Part shown: piece by piece, positions 50,661-64,000 of the stretch
How positions within the stretch are numbered: the stretch's first letter is position 1
How the letters are laid out: every line of letters starts with the position of its first letter
From: Camelus dromedarius
Lineage: Eukaryota
Direction: 5' to 3'
NCBI RefSeq assembly: GCF_036321535.1
Contig: NC_087441.1
Span: 27,466,001-27,530,000, forward strand
DNA length: 64,000 nucleotides
Made by a program: the position numbers and the translations under genes
The notes under the pieces: generated by a model
What the model was told of the DNA's origin: nothing
What the model saw: the letters and a program-made list of their open reading frames with translations, nothing else
The model's database searches: none

Positions 50661-52394
50661 TTTCTTTTATGAAGAACTACTAGGAAAGTAGAAAAATAAA
50701 CAAGAAAGAGTGCATTTGAAGTGTGTTCTCCACCTACAGATGTGAATATAAAAGCTTGAAAGCATCTCTGGACAGTATCTCTGCATCGGTCCATCTAAAT
50801 ATTACACTCTACATAGCACAAGTGAACAGAATAGTGTATATATATTTTAAGTCCCCCACATGGTTTTCATTATTATTTATGAGTGTCAGTGTCAGTTTAC
50901 ACTTGCCATTAAGGAAGGAACATGTATTTCTATGCAACAACACTACTGACTCACCATTAAAGGAACACAAGCTTCAAGCTCTTCTTAGGAAGTGAGAGTG
51001 AGGGACCTTAATTTTCATCATTTGAAAGGTGGTCCGTAGACCTGCTCTGTGACATGATGGTCTGAGCCACACAGCTATTCTGCTGTGAAGACTTCCAAAT
51101 TCCCTTCATGCTCTTTTATCTTTAGATTTTTTTCCCTCCTAAATACTGTCAGCTCTACTTGAAAGATGTTAATGTACAAATGTTAAACAGCTTACTCTCA
51201 TGTAAAGTATGTTTAAACTGGTCCATTTATAAAACATATAACAAGTAATGTTTATGTAACTCTATTTACTTAGTTATTTCTTCTTTTCATTTCATAAAAC
51301 AAATTTGTTCCAGAATAGTCTGTGAAAAATCTGCTACCTAAACAAAGATTTGAGGCTGTGATTAAAGACTTGAGAAGGCAAATCACCCTGTTATTAGTTT
51401 TTTTTCAAATGTTTACTCTATCTTAAAACATTCAATGTATATTTTAATTAAAATGAATTAAAATTCAGGTGACTAATAAGATATATTATCAGAGAGAAAA
51501 CTGAATCTATTCCTAGAGTGTATTATACCAGTTTGGGTATTTGTTATTTTGAAATAATCCTTGATTATATTTGGGTTATTCAGCTTTATATTTGCAATGC
51601 CCAATACAGTGTCTAGTACAAAGAACAAACTCAAAAGTGAAAAAATTGTTAATTTGAATTAGCTTTTATACAAAATTCTTATTTTACTTCAAATTACTAA
51701 AAAAAATAGTACAGAAACCATCTTTTTGTAGATGTGTTCATTTGACTGTGATAAATTATGTTCTCCAACAGTAAAATGTAGTGTAATCATGTATCGCTAC
51801 ACATGTTCTTTGTGAACACAGTGTCTGTAAACTGGAGAGGAGGCAGAGCCAGGGTTTTGGAAAACACAGAGCATTAGTGTTTTTCAGTCTTTAATTCACT
51901 AGAAAGGTTCACATTGCAGCTTTTTAAAAAGTCCTTTTAGGTTAACAAAAACTTCCAGAATTTATAATGCTGTATTTACTCTTCAAACAAAATATAGTTT
52001 AAAGATTTTTGTCCCAAAGAATCTAATTGCAAGTTGGGCAGGAGTTTTTTTTTCCCCCTCTCTAATATTTTGGACTACTAAACATTGATAATAAGTGTAG
52101 AAGAAACTAAAAAATTCAAATTATTTGAAGAAACAAGGAGAAATTTCAGAGACAAAGAAAAGCAGAGAATCAGAAAAGCATAAAAAAATACTAAATGGGA
52201 AGTAATCAGCAAATCTTATTCATCTATCGCTAAATTCTTAAAAAATGCCAAAATATAGGAAGACGACAAATGCTTTAGAACAACTAACTGTTGAATGTGA
52301 TGTCATGATCACACTTGCCTCTCTAGATCCAAGTGCTTAATTTTGCGCTTGACCTTAATCCCACGTTAGTTTTAAAATCCCTGTGGTAATTGCG

Positions 52395-53439
52395 TCAACC
52401 GATGTCCGCTTCCTCAGAAAACAAATTAATTGTTGATGAATCCCTTCTTAAGACTTTGCCACTCACGATAAGTTTGATTGCCTTCCAAAACCATGGATAA
52501 AAGAAAGCATATATCAAGGGGTTCATAGCTGAATTGTAGTACACACACCACACTAAAATCTCATAAACATAGGAGGAGTTATAAAATTCATGTAGGCATC
52601 AACCACAGCATCAATAATGTACGGGAGCCAAGAGACCAGGAAAGCAGCCATAGCGATGCCCAGTGTTTTAGCAGCTTTTCTCTCTCTCTTTGCTACTCTC
52701 TCTGTGTAACTCTCTAAGGAGGACTGAGCTTGGCTGGCTGTACTTTCTATCTTCCTGGCCTGATGTTTAGCCACCAAAAATATCTTCCCGTATAAAAACA
52801 CCATGGCAACAGTGGGTATAAAGAAGAGAAGAAAACAAAGTAGAACCCAATTTTGATTCAGTGGAGCCTGACAGCCTCCTACACAGGTGAGAGCAACGAC
52901 TAGTTCCTCAATCCCTTCCTCGTTGGCCCCCTTGTAAAAGATAGAAAAGCTGTACGTGACAGAGAAGAACCAAGAGAGAACAATGCATATTCCTGACACC
53001 GAGACAGTAAACTTGGTTGGATAGGTCAGAGGGTTGGTAACAGCAATATATCTATCGATAGAGATACAGCATAAATGAAATAAAGAAGCAAAACAGAAGG
53101 AAGAATCAAAACATGTGTGAAATTTACAGTAACTCTCCCCAAAATACCAGCAGCTCTCCACAGACCTCACCGTGCTGAAGGGCATCACAGTCACTCCCAC
53201 CAAGAAGTCTGCACAGGCTAGCGATGCGATCAGAAGGTTTATGGTGTGTGCAGCTGTCTGAAGTGAAGAATAGCAATAATGACCAGTAAGTTTCCAAACA
53301 CAGCCAGCATGGCTCCAAAACCAAGGACCGCATACAGAACTGCTTGAGGACCTGGGGAGTAAGGAGTTTTAACACAGGATCCGTTCACGTTCTCATAGCA
53401 GAGCGCCACAGCTTCAGCTTGGGAGAAACTGTTCACCAT
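52395..53439 (-). pseudogene. TAAR9: TAAR9 pseudogene with two 1-bp deletions (near 53240 and 52570)
   Basis: Three frame pieces: [20 protein letters not shown]...HTP, then [58 protein letters not shown]...[18 protein letters not shown]...FITPP, then [18 protein letters not shown]...LFSEEADIG-stop. The span is 1045 nt, which is 349 codons minus 2 nt, exactly a 348-aa TAAR9 missing two bases. Confidence 0.88.
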
Positions 53440-53967
53440 TGCCCTCTTATTTGAATTAAAGTTCTCAGATTCCCTATTTCAAGCAATTTAAAACAAGGAG
53501 ATGGCAATTTCAAAAGCTTCTGGAAGAGAAAAAAAATCTAGTTAAAAATGAAAGATGGTAACTTTTCTACCACTTTAGGGAGACATATTAACTACAATCG
53601 CTGTGTCTTTCCAAAAGTGTTCCCAAGCTTTTAATATATTTAGAGTGGGAACTTGTTGCAGAAAGTCATTAAAATTATAGTCAAATTTAGTGTTAGATAA
53701 ATGGCTAACAATATATTTAGTCCAATGATATATTTTATAGAATGTAATTAGCTAATTACTAGAAAAATCCCTTTTTTGTGTTACTGTACTTTTTGAAATC
53801 TTCACCTGTAACCACCTGAGTTGAGAACTAACTAGGCTACCAAAGGCTGAGTTTTATTTACTAAGTGATCTCCCTCGAGTAGTCACTTCCGCAATAATGA
53901 CAAACGGCACTTTATTTTTTCAAGAAGGGAGAAATAAATTACATCTCCTCCAAATTATAGCCTCAAA

Positions 53968-53980
53968 AATCCCTACAGTA
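53968..53980 (-). promoter_or_regulatory. Shared TAAR upstream motif TACTGTAGGGATT
   Basis: About 529 bp upstream of the TAAR9 ATG. Confidence 0.5.
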
Positions 53981-56900
53981 TAGAGTGTAAAGACTGAGGA
54001 AACATTTACTCATTATAACCTGCCAAACTTATTTGGGGAATATATTTCTCCTATTGCTTATATTTTCAGAGTTTCTAGGGTTTCTTTTTCCTCCTGTATT
54101 TCTTCATGTTGGATAACTTGAGATGATTTAGAGAACTATTCTTACCAAATTGATAATAATATATAGTCAGTGTGTAAGTTTTTTCCTGGCTAATGGCCAG
54201 ATGTCTTAAATGTCTCAAATTGATGATGGATTAAAATAAGCAACAACTTACCTCCCTCACCTTCCCATCCTTAAAAAAAAAAACAACCACGAAGTACATT
54301 TTTAAATCTACCAGAGAGGAACAAGCAACGCTTAGGATGGTCTTGGGGGTGGTGTTGGGAGCGGGGTGTGTTTCTAGATTAGTCATGTCTCCTGTGGGAA
54401 TGGACTCACACTAAGTCATCCAAAGTTCAAGTAGACACCAAGCTGGTTTCTCCAGGTTTTTGTTTTTGTTTTTGTTTATTTGTTTCTTTTTATAGTGGGG
54501 ATACAGTCTTCAGACAGTTTGCAGAGTTCACCAACAATAGTTAGTTACTAATTATTTTTTTACTTCATTTAACCATGGAAAGGTGCAGCCTTGCAACCAA
54601 ATTTTAATTGAGCTATTGACTAGACTACTTTTATTGCCATTTATCTCACATCATACATAGGTCTGGCCTGTGTTGAAAGTGCAGAATCCTGAAAGAAAAG
54701 CTACGTGCATACACGTGTGTATCTTTTATCTAAATATCTGTCCTCTCTAGTTAATAGGCTTCACTAGCCTGAATTTTAAATGTTTTAATGTATGTGTGGT
54801 ATGTGTGTATAAAACACCCATGGTATTTTCAGGATTCTGTAGTCTGTGAGTTTTAAATCAATTCATTTTTACTTTTATTTCTCAAATTTATAGTTACTTA
54901 AGCCCTTACTGGTTTAATGGCCTAAATCTAAGTCTCCTTAGTTACTCTAGGGATTCCCCAGATGGGTGTGTCCATGTGCTCACAAGTCAGCCTTTTGACA
55001 TCCCCCATGTTTTCTATTTCTGCCCCCGCTCTCCTGATAAAGTCCACTACATTTCTTGTTTTACTCCCGAGCTGGCTCAAGGAATTTCACTGCCATCATC
55101 GATGGTGCCCTGCCTCAGAGTCTGAGTGTCTATGTAAGGGGTGCCATCTCCCCCAAGCTCTAGAGGCCCCACTTTGCTGGTGCCCAAGTAAAGCTGCTGT
55201 TGTGCAAAAGGAGAGTGACCCCTTTCTCAGGTCTTTATACATGGGCCCTAAAATAGCAGCCTTCAGTCTTATAGTGTCTTAAAACTTGACCTTCACTAGA
55301 AGCAAAGACACTTGAGGAGTAATGAACACTCCTAAGACCCACATCTTGGTGCTTATTACTTTACACCAGCAAAAGGAGCTAGAGTTTCTCAAAGAAACGA
55401 TTCATCCACGGACAGGGAAAGTACAGGAAGAAGCTGGAACATATTTTTATATCAGAAACTGAGAGAGAGAATTTTTTCTTTCATGTTAGAGCATTTCATA
55501 AGGACACTGTTACAACATGAATAGGATCCCACTGGCCAAATGTGGGACAATTTGAGTGCTAAAATAATTAGAGAGAGTAAAAAAAAAAAATTATAAGTCA
55601 TTAGAAGAAAATGGGAATCCATGAAGCCATACTGATTAGAGAAAAAGATATGATGATGATGGATAGACAGACAGACAGACATAGATAAAGGGCTCTTTAT
55701 TACAGTAGAAAACCAAGTGCCAGCTGATGCATATGGAGAGAGCACTAGAACTGAAACATCATGATTTTGCAACCATGACATTAGTATTGATTTGGGCGAG
55801 AATCATCCATGGATACAAAATCTGGTGGGATGGGAAGGGAACTTTGGTGAGTATCAGGTATTTATGTGGTTTAAAGTGTTCTCTCCCAGAGATTACTTAT
55901 TCAAAGAAAGAAAAAATAATAGCTACACAGGGGAGAAATCAAACAAGACCTTGACATACAATCAAAATCAGCATCACCAATGAAGGTAAGCTGACCAAGC
56001 ACGCCTCTGGATAGATACCCTGAGAGGCAGACAGTATTCTAGCCAGGAATGCATAACTGGAATCTAGTCGTGAAGAAATTTTAGACAAACTTAAGTTGAG
56101 AAACATTCTGTTTTTAAAAGGTGGGAAGGTTATAGTCTTTCAAAAATGTCTATGTCATAAAAGACTGACGATTCCGAGAATAAAGGAGAATAAAGGGCAA
56201 GAAAATGAAAGGAAATATGCAACTCTACAATGGAATAAGTTATCAGGTCAACTGATAAAATAGTAGTTGCTAAAATATTGTATTGATGTTGAGTTACTGA
56301 AATATTTAGGGCCATGATATATTCAACTTACCCACAGGTGGTTCAAAAAAAATCATACATACACAGATAGAGAGAGAAAAAAAAGTCAAAGCAAACACAG
56401 GGAAAAATTTTAATAGGTGAATCTGGGTAGAGTATAAAATCGTGGTTTTTCACATTTTTTTTTTCTGTTCTATAATCTCAGTCCTCTTTTCCTAGAGCTG
56501 CAATTATACAATGTTAAACCATGGGATATTATCTAACAATTCTCTAAGTTCTCTTTTTCAATCTTCTTTTCCCTGTATGTTCTTAATATTGGATAATTTC
56601 TCATGATTTATCTCCAACTTCAACTACTTGTTTTCTCTGTAACTTCCCTTTGGCTAAGTCCATCTAGCAATCTTTTATTTCAAATACTATACTTTTGTCT
56701 GTTCTAGAATTTTCACTTGGCGTTTTACTGCTTTCAATTCTCTGCTGAGATTCCCCACGTCTCATTTATGGGTGGCATATTTTGTTTTACTTCACTGAGG
56801 GTAATTAAAAACAACTGCCTTAAAATCCTTGTCTCCTAGTTCATGTTTGTCATCTCAGGGTTGGTCTCAGTTGATTTTCTTCTTTCTTGAGAACGTGTCC

Positions 56901-59900
56901 CATGTTCCTGGATTTTTGTTTGTTGGATAATTTTGGATTGTATTCTAGACATTTAGAATATTACATTCTGGAGACTCATTAAAAGTTTAGAAATAGCAAA
57001 AGTAAAGCCAACAAATTATCAAAGCAGTGATTAGGAAAAGTTTCTTGTGCACACCCCAAAAGACATTTCGTAAACAAGAGACACTCAGATCAAAACTTGG
57101 CATAAAGCTCAGGAGTATATTTTTATAAAGCTCCTTATTGAGAAGGCAGTGACTTTGTTCTTCACAGTGATTGTTATAATAGAATTTCCTTAAATGAAAA
57201 GGGAATTGGTTGGTGGTTACTTTACATGAATTTTGGAAATAGTTCAAGTTTTGCTTATTATTTCTACAGGCATAGGGAAGAAAGACCCAGGTCAGGTTAG
57301 TCTTGCAAAATAAGCTAAATTAAGCTTTGTTTGCATGACTAAACTGGTTTTATCTGCTCGGGGAATTTTCAAGGCTGGTCTCCATTTGGTTTTGGTTTTA
57401 ACACCTGAGTTACTTTCTCTGATAAGGATTATCTCTTTTTATTTTAGTAGACTCTATTTCCTGGATGGTAGCTCCTCTTAACTTAGGTGCATTGCCTTTA
57501 TGTAAACTATTTTAGTCTGCTTGGCATATGTGTCATTCAGGAGTCAATCAGAGCTGTAGGTGGACAGAATTTAGGGATCCCCCAGTCTGGCTCTTTTCTT
57601 TCTGATGTTCCCACACTCTCCCCAGTGACCACAATTACCCTGGATTTCCAGGCCAAAAGCACTGAGTTTTCCCACGAGTACCCCAGCCAACCCATATCCT
57701 TCATGCATGTTCTTCCTACCACAATCTGTCTGCTTCTGTTCACCCTCCACTGCCTTCAGGTAGTTGCCTTTTGATTATGTCCTAAATTTATAGTTGTTTC
57801 ATGTGAAGCAGTCAGACCTGTTGGATCTTGCCCAGTAACTAGAAGCACGGCAGTCACGTGTTCATTTCAAAGCACGTGCCCACACTACCCAATTTACCTT
57901 TATTATTGCAGCTCACTCTTGTTCTATCTATGCAGTTCACGCTGGACTCTCCCTAGGACCACAAATAAAAATTCCATGAAGATCTTATGTTCTTATGTTC
58001 TTATATTCTCTACGCTATTTGTGCTCTTCCTTGGTTTAGCTGCCCTGTTTGCTCACCTTGCTCATTTTCTTTCCTTTTATTAACTGCTCAGTGATCTAGG
58101 ATCACACACAACCAGAATTTATACTCAGCTCTGTCACATGCATAACATGCTGTCTAGTCTGGACTGCCTTCTGTACTGGATGTGGAATCCCCCACATATC
58201 TGCTGTTAGTCATCTTCGGAGAGGGGAGAAAAGAAGATAAAACTTCAAACACAAAGACATAAATGAAAGTCATGCAGAAAGTATAGGAAAAAGGAACACA
58301 GTTAACAGCTGAAAGAGCAAACATTTCAAGAGCAATATGACCACAAACTACTGTTACCTACCATCTTGCTCCTTTTTATTGTCTTGGATTTTGTGGGACC
58401 CAAGCAACCTTCTTATGCTTCCTGGTTTCCTTCAGCTGAGAAAAGGTGACACAGTGAAGTGATGAGGAGAATATTTGGGTCACATTGAAGAGAAACTCCT
58501 CACAGTAAATGTATTTGCCCCACCTCCTGTGCAATGTGAAGTCTGCAGCTTGACCCTGGCTGGCTGACTTGGAGCATGGAAGGGTCTGTGAAAAGGAAGA
58601 GCCTGTAGGATGAGTAACAAGTCCCAGGTAACAGTAAGTCAGAAGAGCAAGGAATGATCAAAGCATGAAGGCCAAACTGTAGGCTAAGAGTAAGCATTAG
58701 AATGAAAGCGAAGTGCTGGTAGATCACACTGGGGGTGAGCAGGTCGGGGCAGATGAAGAGGGGGCTGGTGGAGGAACAATGCAGATGCCAGCGCTCTGCA
58801 CAGAGAACTGTTTCCTGTGTCAGATTCATGCATCCTCGTCGTATGGTGCCTGAGAGGCTGGCTGTGAATCACGGGGGAACTTAGGAAGCCAGAAACAGGG
58901 AAATAGTGATTGTATCTTTGCCCCAAATTAATTAACTCAGAAGTGGTTTGGGGGTGCCCAGAGTATATCCTACACCTACAGAACCAGAATCTCACGTAAG
59001 GAGCCCAAGTGTTATTGGCTTGTTCAGTGACCATAGCGAAAGCCATAAGCAATTGCCAAAATTCAAACAAATGTCATTTTAATATCTATAAAATTTGAGA
59101 CAATACCAGAAAAGAACACATGAAGAAGGCAGAATGAGGTTCAAAGATGTAAAAATCTAGATGGGACATTCACGGTCAGGATCTTTCTTTAGGAAAAAAA
59201 TCTGAAATTACAAAAACAAAATTAGTTATGTACATGAAGTTGAGAAAAGAAATCACAAGTTTCTCAGTGTCTAGTTAAGAAACTAGGCAGACTTGAGCCT
59301 GAAAATCTATCTTATTATCAAGCATCTGATGGGTGAGAGACCTCCTGTAAGTATGCACTTGAAAATTTTTCCTTTCTGTAATAGTAACTGTGGCCTCTGA
59401 TAGTTTAGAGATTTATCATCCAGTAGAAAAATGCTTCCATATTGATTTCAAAAAAATTGACAAACAATTTCATTGAATTTGAAGCTGATATTATCTGGGC
59501 ATTTTGAGCTGCAAATGCTATTGGGAAAAATAGGCATAAAAGGAGGTTAGGATATTTACTGCTTCAACAGTAATCCTGGATTGCTGCTGCGCAGTGAATG
59601 CACTAGAGGATGTGGCTAGAACCCCTTGATCGGTGCTAAAGGAACTTAACAATCCATTAAAGGTAGGATTTCTAAAGGCTCAGTTTTCTCAGAAATGGGA
59701 CACCCTACCCAGTAGCCTAATGGCTGAGGTGCCGGCTGAAGGCAAAAGGAAGATGGAATGGGCAGTAGGAAAGAAAAGACAAATGTTAACTCCCAGCCCA
59801 ACTAGAGAAAGAGGATTGTTTCATTTAACCTAATTTTCCTTATTTTCTAAATTTAACATTTGAATAGTAAAATTACTTTTTCCATTGCTCTTGTATCCCT

Positions 59901-61190
59901 CTATTTCACTACTTTATACAGGGTGTATTAGTGGCATTTAACTTTAGAGTTTAGTCTGTAAGTTACTGAATATTTACAGAGGATTGGATACCACCCAGAA
60001 ATCGTGAACTTGGAGCTGGCAGCAACAATTGGGAGGACTGAGCTGCCCCTTGGTGTGAACGTGTTTGGGGCTATATAAAAAATATTATATAAAGATAAAA
60101 AGAGGCACTTTGAAGTTGAAGTATGGGGCAAAGACTGTTGACTGCTGGGGACATGTATTACTTGGAGTGCCCAATATTCAAATGTTCTTATTGTGAAGAA
60201 TACCATGCAAGAGGAAATCTGGACCCATATTATGATCCTCTCCCTGTGCCATTTCTCCCCAGTGTCCAAAGCATGAATGCACCTGCCCATTCGTTATTTG
60301 AGCTGAAGATTCTCCAGCTGCAGTGGAGTCTGAAGAGCTTCAGTGATGCTGTCCCATGTTCAGGGTGACAGAGGTTAGGGAAGAATAAAAGTTCACATGG
60401 TGGTTTCTAGGTAAACCAATCTGTGGTGAAATCTTCTTTTGGTTTCTTTCTGACCCTGGTTCTCTTGCCTTTCTGTAGATTTGGGGATCTATTCTAAACC
60501 TTTCTAATAAGTTAAATTTCTGCATAAAACAACCTACAAATGGATTCAGTGTTGTGAATGAGAAAGAAAAAATTCCAGGATGCTTCCTTGCTTTCTGGCC
60601 TTGATAACCAGGTGGAGGAAAAAGTTTGGGTAGGGTGTGGAGAGGGGAGTGGATTTCCAGGTGGGACATGTTGAAGTGGAGATGTTTAGGAACAATCAAA
60701 CTGGGAACCATCCAGTGAACAAATGGATAAATCTGTGTAGAGCTCAAAAGACTAGAAAGAGTTATTTGGGGGCCATCATCATATGTCACAATCATCCAGG
60801 GAACTAACAGTGTTAAGGGAATGATTATTTATCATGAACGTATGTCAGGTACCTACTAATAGCCACTATAACACAATAAAATTGCTTTTCTCAGGTCACA
60901 TGCAAGTTGTTAACGACTTTACAATTCTAGACTATGGCCTGAATAAAATTTTCCAAAATGCTAGATTTATTTTACAAAGCACAGAATAAATTAGGTATAT
61001 TAATTGCTCTGAAATTTCTATTATTAATTCTTTCTTAACTAAAATTTATTGATACAATATTCTCCATCACGTACTTTAAATGATGTAATTTTTTTCCCCA
61101 ACAATTTAAAAAATTTCCACTTCTTGACATGTCAGTGTCAGAACACAGCTTCAATTGGGATAGTTTCTTTGGTTTTAAGGAAAAATGTCA

Positions 61191-61282
61191 GGGAAGGGTA
61201 ATAGCTAAGTGGTAGAGTGCATGCTTAGCATGAACGAGGTTCTAGGTTCAATCCTCAGTACCTCCTTAAAAAAAAAGAAAAA
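61191..61282 (+). mobile_element. tRNA-derived SINE (camelid type) with target-site duplication
   Basis: A-box/B-box head, A-rich tail, and GAAAAATGT on both sides. Confidence 0.85.
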
Positions 61283-62966
61283 GAAAAATGTGTTCTAAAC
61301 ACTATTTTCTTGGTCTTGAGGGGACTTCATAATTGAGAAATCATTTACTTAACAAAAATATAAATTATGATGTTGAAAATAAAATGTCTAAAATAGTAGG
61401 TAGAAGTATGAAGGGGATTGGGGCATCTTAACTACTATTTCTGGGCATGTCTTTCTTACTGATCTATTTCAAAGGTAAAATGTCCCCATTCTGTTTTCCC
61501 AGACCCTCTCATTTTCCCCCCGTACTCTGTTGCCCCCTCGTGGTCACTCTAAACAACACTGGGCTGACCACACACAAGCTAATTAGGTAAAAGCTCAGAA
61601 AAGAAGTGTCTGTTCAAAAATGAGCCACCTCCCCCAAAATGAGCATCGATCATTTGAAAGCACACCAATTAAGTAACTATATACTCTCTCCCTTCCAAGC
61701 TACCCCTCCATACAAACAACTCAAAGAAAGATTTTTGAACTTCATTAGAATCACATGAGGTGCTTAAGATTTTCAGGCCCTGCCCCAGCAGTTCTAATCT
61801 CTAGCTAGGACTGAAATGAAATGTGCTTTTCTAAATCAAGCACCTCAAATGATTCTGGGATTCCACAGAACACTTTTTGAGAAGCACTGCCCTAGGGGAA
61901 GTAGCACTGTTACAGTGGAAAGTGCTTTGAACTTGGAAAAATAGAGTCCATTCATTCCACTCACACTTGGTAAGCACATTCTAGTGCCAGGCATCCATGC
62001 TGGGGCTAAGAATACAGATAAAACCAAAATCTCCCAAACTAGACTATGAGTAAGTTCATAGTCTAGTTTGGGAGAGGCCGAGTAAACACTTACAGTGCCC
62101 TGAGATAAGAACTCTGGAAAGAAAGTGGAGAGGACTCTGGGGGATGAGGAGGGGGTGAGGGACCAGCCTTGGGAGAGCCAAGTTGATGGTATTTATTGTA
62201 GAAAGTTCTCCAAAGAGACTCTGAAGTGAGTTAGGAGGGACAACATTGCATTCAAATTCTGAACACACCTTTAAACTCTCCGAGTTTCGTTATTGGTATA
62301 AGAAAGACAGATTACACACATGTGGGTTTATACATTTGGTTATATCCATGTTGGGCTATTCCTGGTGCCTTTCACTTTTACTTGGCAGAGGGCTTACAGA
62401 TCACACTAGTTACAGTGTTTGTAATAGGCAAATAATTGAGCTTGAGTTGTTATTCAGTGACTCCAAACAGCTCCCACCCGATGTTTTATGGTCCTATGTA
62501 TATATGTTATTTAGATAAAGAACAATTGGCTGTTCTTCCAACTAAAACAGGTGAGGTCCTAACTGCTCATTGAATTTCATTAATAATTCACAATGATCTA
62601 TCAAACAGAAATTTATCATGCATTTTTATTTAGTCTTGTCATTGATCGTGGAACTTCAGTTAAACCCAAGAAAGGTCCAAATGGAAAAATAGGATCAGAT
62701 AACCTGAGAGGAAAGGAGATGGGATCAACAGATAGAGGTAGAGAGAAAGGCAAAGGACAGACAGACAAAGGAAAGGATGGAAGGAAACTGAGAGAGAGAG
62801 AAGTGATTCCCATACCCCCTCCACATTTCAGTAATTCTCCTTTTCACAGCCCAGCATCACAAAAACCTCCTCCTTCCGGGGTCCTTCCCGAAGTAAGTCA
62901 CCATCTATGCATGGTGATTTCATCCTGCCCATGACTCCTATAATAGTGAGAACTAACACTTGGTTG

Positions 62967-63130
62967 GGGAGGTGGGGGTGTAGCTTAGTGGTGGGGATAC
63001 AGCTCAGTGGTAGAGCGCATGCTTAGCATTCACAAGGTCCTGGATTCAATCCCCAGTACCTCCATTAAAAAATAAATAAGTAAATAAATAAGCCTAATTA
63101 CCCCCTCAACCCCCCAAAACAAAAGAAAAA
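62967..63130 (+). mobile_element. tRNA-derived SINE (camelid type) with partly duplicated head
   Basis: GGGGTGTAGCTTAGTGGT followed by GGGGATACAGCTCAGTGGTAGAGCGCATGCTTAGC...GGATTCAATCCCCAGTACCTCC, (AAAT)n and a CCTAATTACC tail. Confidence 0.85.
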
Positions 63131-63689
63131 CATTTAATGAGCACTCACCCTGTGCTAGGTACTGTTACCAATGTTTTACATCATTAATTCATTTAATCAT
63201 CGCAACTGTATGAGGGAATATTGTAATTTCTACTTGACATGTTAAAACTGAGTGTCACAGACTTTGAGTAACTTTCTCAAATTCACAGAAGTAAGTGGCA
63301 GAACTAGGATTTGAACAAAACTGTCTTTGTCTTCTACTCTTTCTGTAAGCTATTTGAAGACAGATTTTAAGTCCTCTCTTTTCTCCAGCTTCCTTAATTC
63401 AGTGGCTTGTGAAAAGTGAGGAACCAAAATTATACTGATGACTTCAAGAATGAAAAAAAATAACTTGAAGGGGGAGTGGTTTAGCAAGTTTTAAGGAGAA
63501 CACCGATTGAAAGTCATTACTAGGAATATTCAAAGCCAAGGCTCAGCTGATTACCTCTTAAATTGTAGATTAGCTGATTAACTGTTGTAGGGAGCTCTTC
63601 AATATTTTTAATACTTACACTTTTTTTGCAATCTTCGGTAATCTTCAACTCCAATTAACACCAGATTTTTAAATGGATATAATTACCAT

Positions 63690-64000
63690 GTAACATTTTT
63701 AGTTTTACATGTAGAACATAATGGTTTGATATATGTATATACTGTGAAATAATTAACAGAAGTTTAGTTAACATTCATCATTACACACAGTAACATTATT
63801 TTTCCTGCAATGAGAACTTTTAAGACCAACTCTCAGCAATTTTCAAATATACAGTGTAGTATTGTTAACTGTAGTCACCATGCTGTACATTACATTTCCA
63901 GGACTTTATTTTATAACTAGTAGTTTGTACCGTTTGACACCTTCACCCATTTTGCTCAATCCCCATCCCCTGCCTCTGGCAATCACCAATCTGTTTTCTG
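63690..64000 (-). mobile_element. L1MA-type 3' end
   Basis: GAGAACTTTTAAGA...TTGTTAACTGTAGTCACCATGCTGTACATTA...CCTCTGGCAATCACCAATCTG. Confidence 0.8.

Noticed and set aside
58480-59070. Overlapping 109-aa and 128-aa minus-strand ORFs upstream of TAAR9
   Set aside because: No recognisable homology, splice structure or repeat match, so they cannot be supported as a feature.
59928-60370. Frame reading YLQRIGYHPEIV..., superficially like an arylamine N-acetyltransferase N-terminus, and a nearby Cys/His-rich ORF
   Set aside because: Similarity is limited to a few residues, there are multiple stops, and there is no downstream support. A TBLASTN would settle it.
61191-63130. tRNA genes at 61191 and 62967 (also 1-40 and 12950-13066)
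   Set aside because: tRNA-like heads continue into family-specific tails and A-rich ends, with a TSD at 61191 and imperfect cloverleaf pairing. These are SINEs.

Overview
Mammalian DNA containing part of the olfactory trace amine-associated receptor (TAAR) cluster. tRNA-derived SINEs of the camelid type suggest a camel, alpaca or llama (inference). There are five intact single-coding-exon class A GPCR ORFs and one frameshifted gene: TAAR8(+), TAAR7(+), TAAR6(+), TAAR7(-), TAAR8(-) and TAAR9 pseudogene(-). The dominant structure is a large inverted duplication of a TAAR8-TAAR7 cassette (arms about 2.7-11.7 kb and 28.0-44.5 kb) around a 16 kb spacer holding TAAR6. By eye the arms are only about 70-80% identical in their flanks and carry different transposon insertions, yet the genes and adjacent sequence are 98-99.8% identical. 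This is the signature of an old palindrome kept homogeneous by arm-to-arm gene conversion. TAAR6 points opposite to TAAR9, unlike the usual mammalian order. Also present: a 13-bp motif about 460-530 bp upstream of all six TAAR starts, a candidate olfactory enhancer between TAAR7 and TAAR6, a back-to-back two-ERV composite in the right arm only, and many old L1, L2, MaLR and DNA-transposon relics. Repeat-family names and most repeat boundaries were assigned by eye and are approximate. Identities outside the four duplicated CDSs are estimates.
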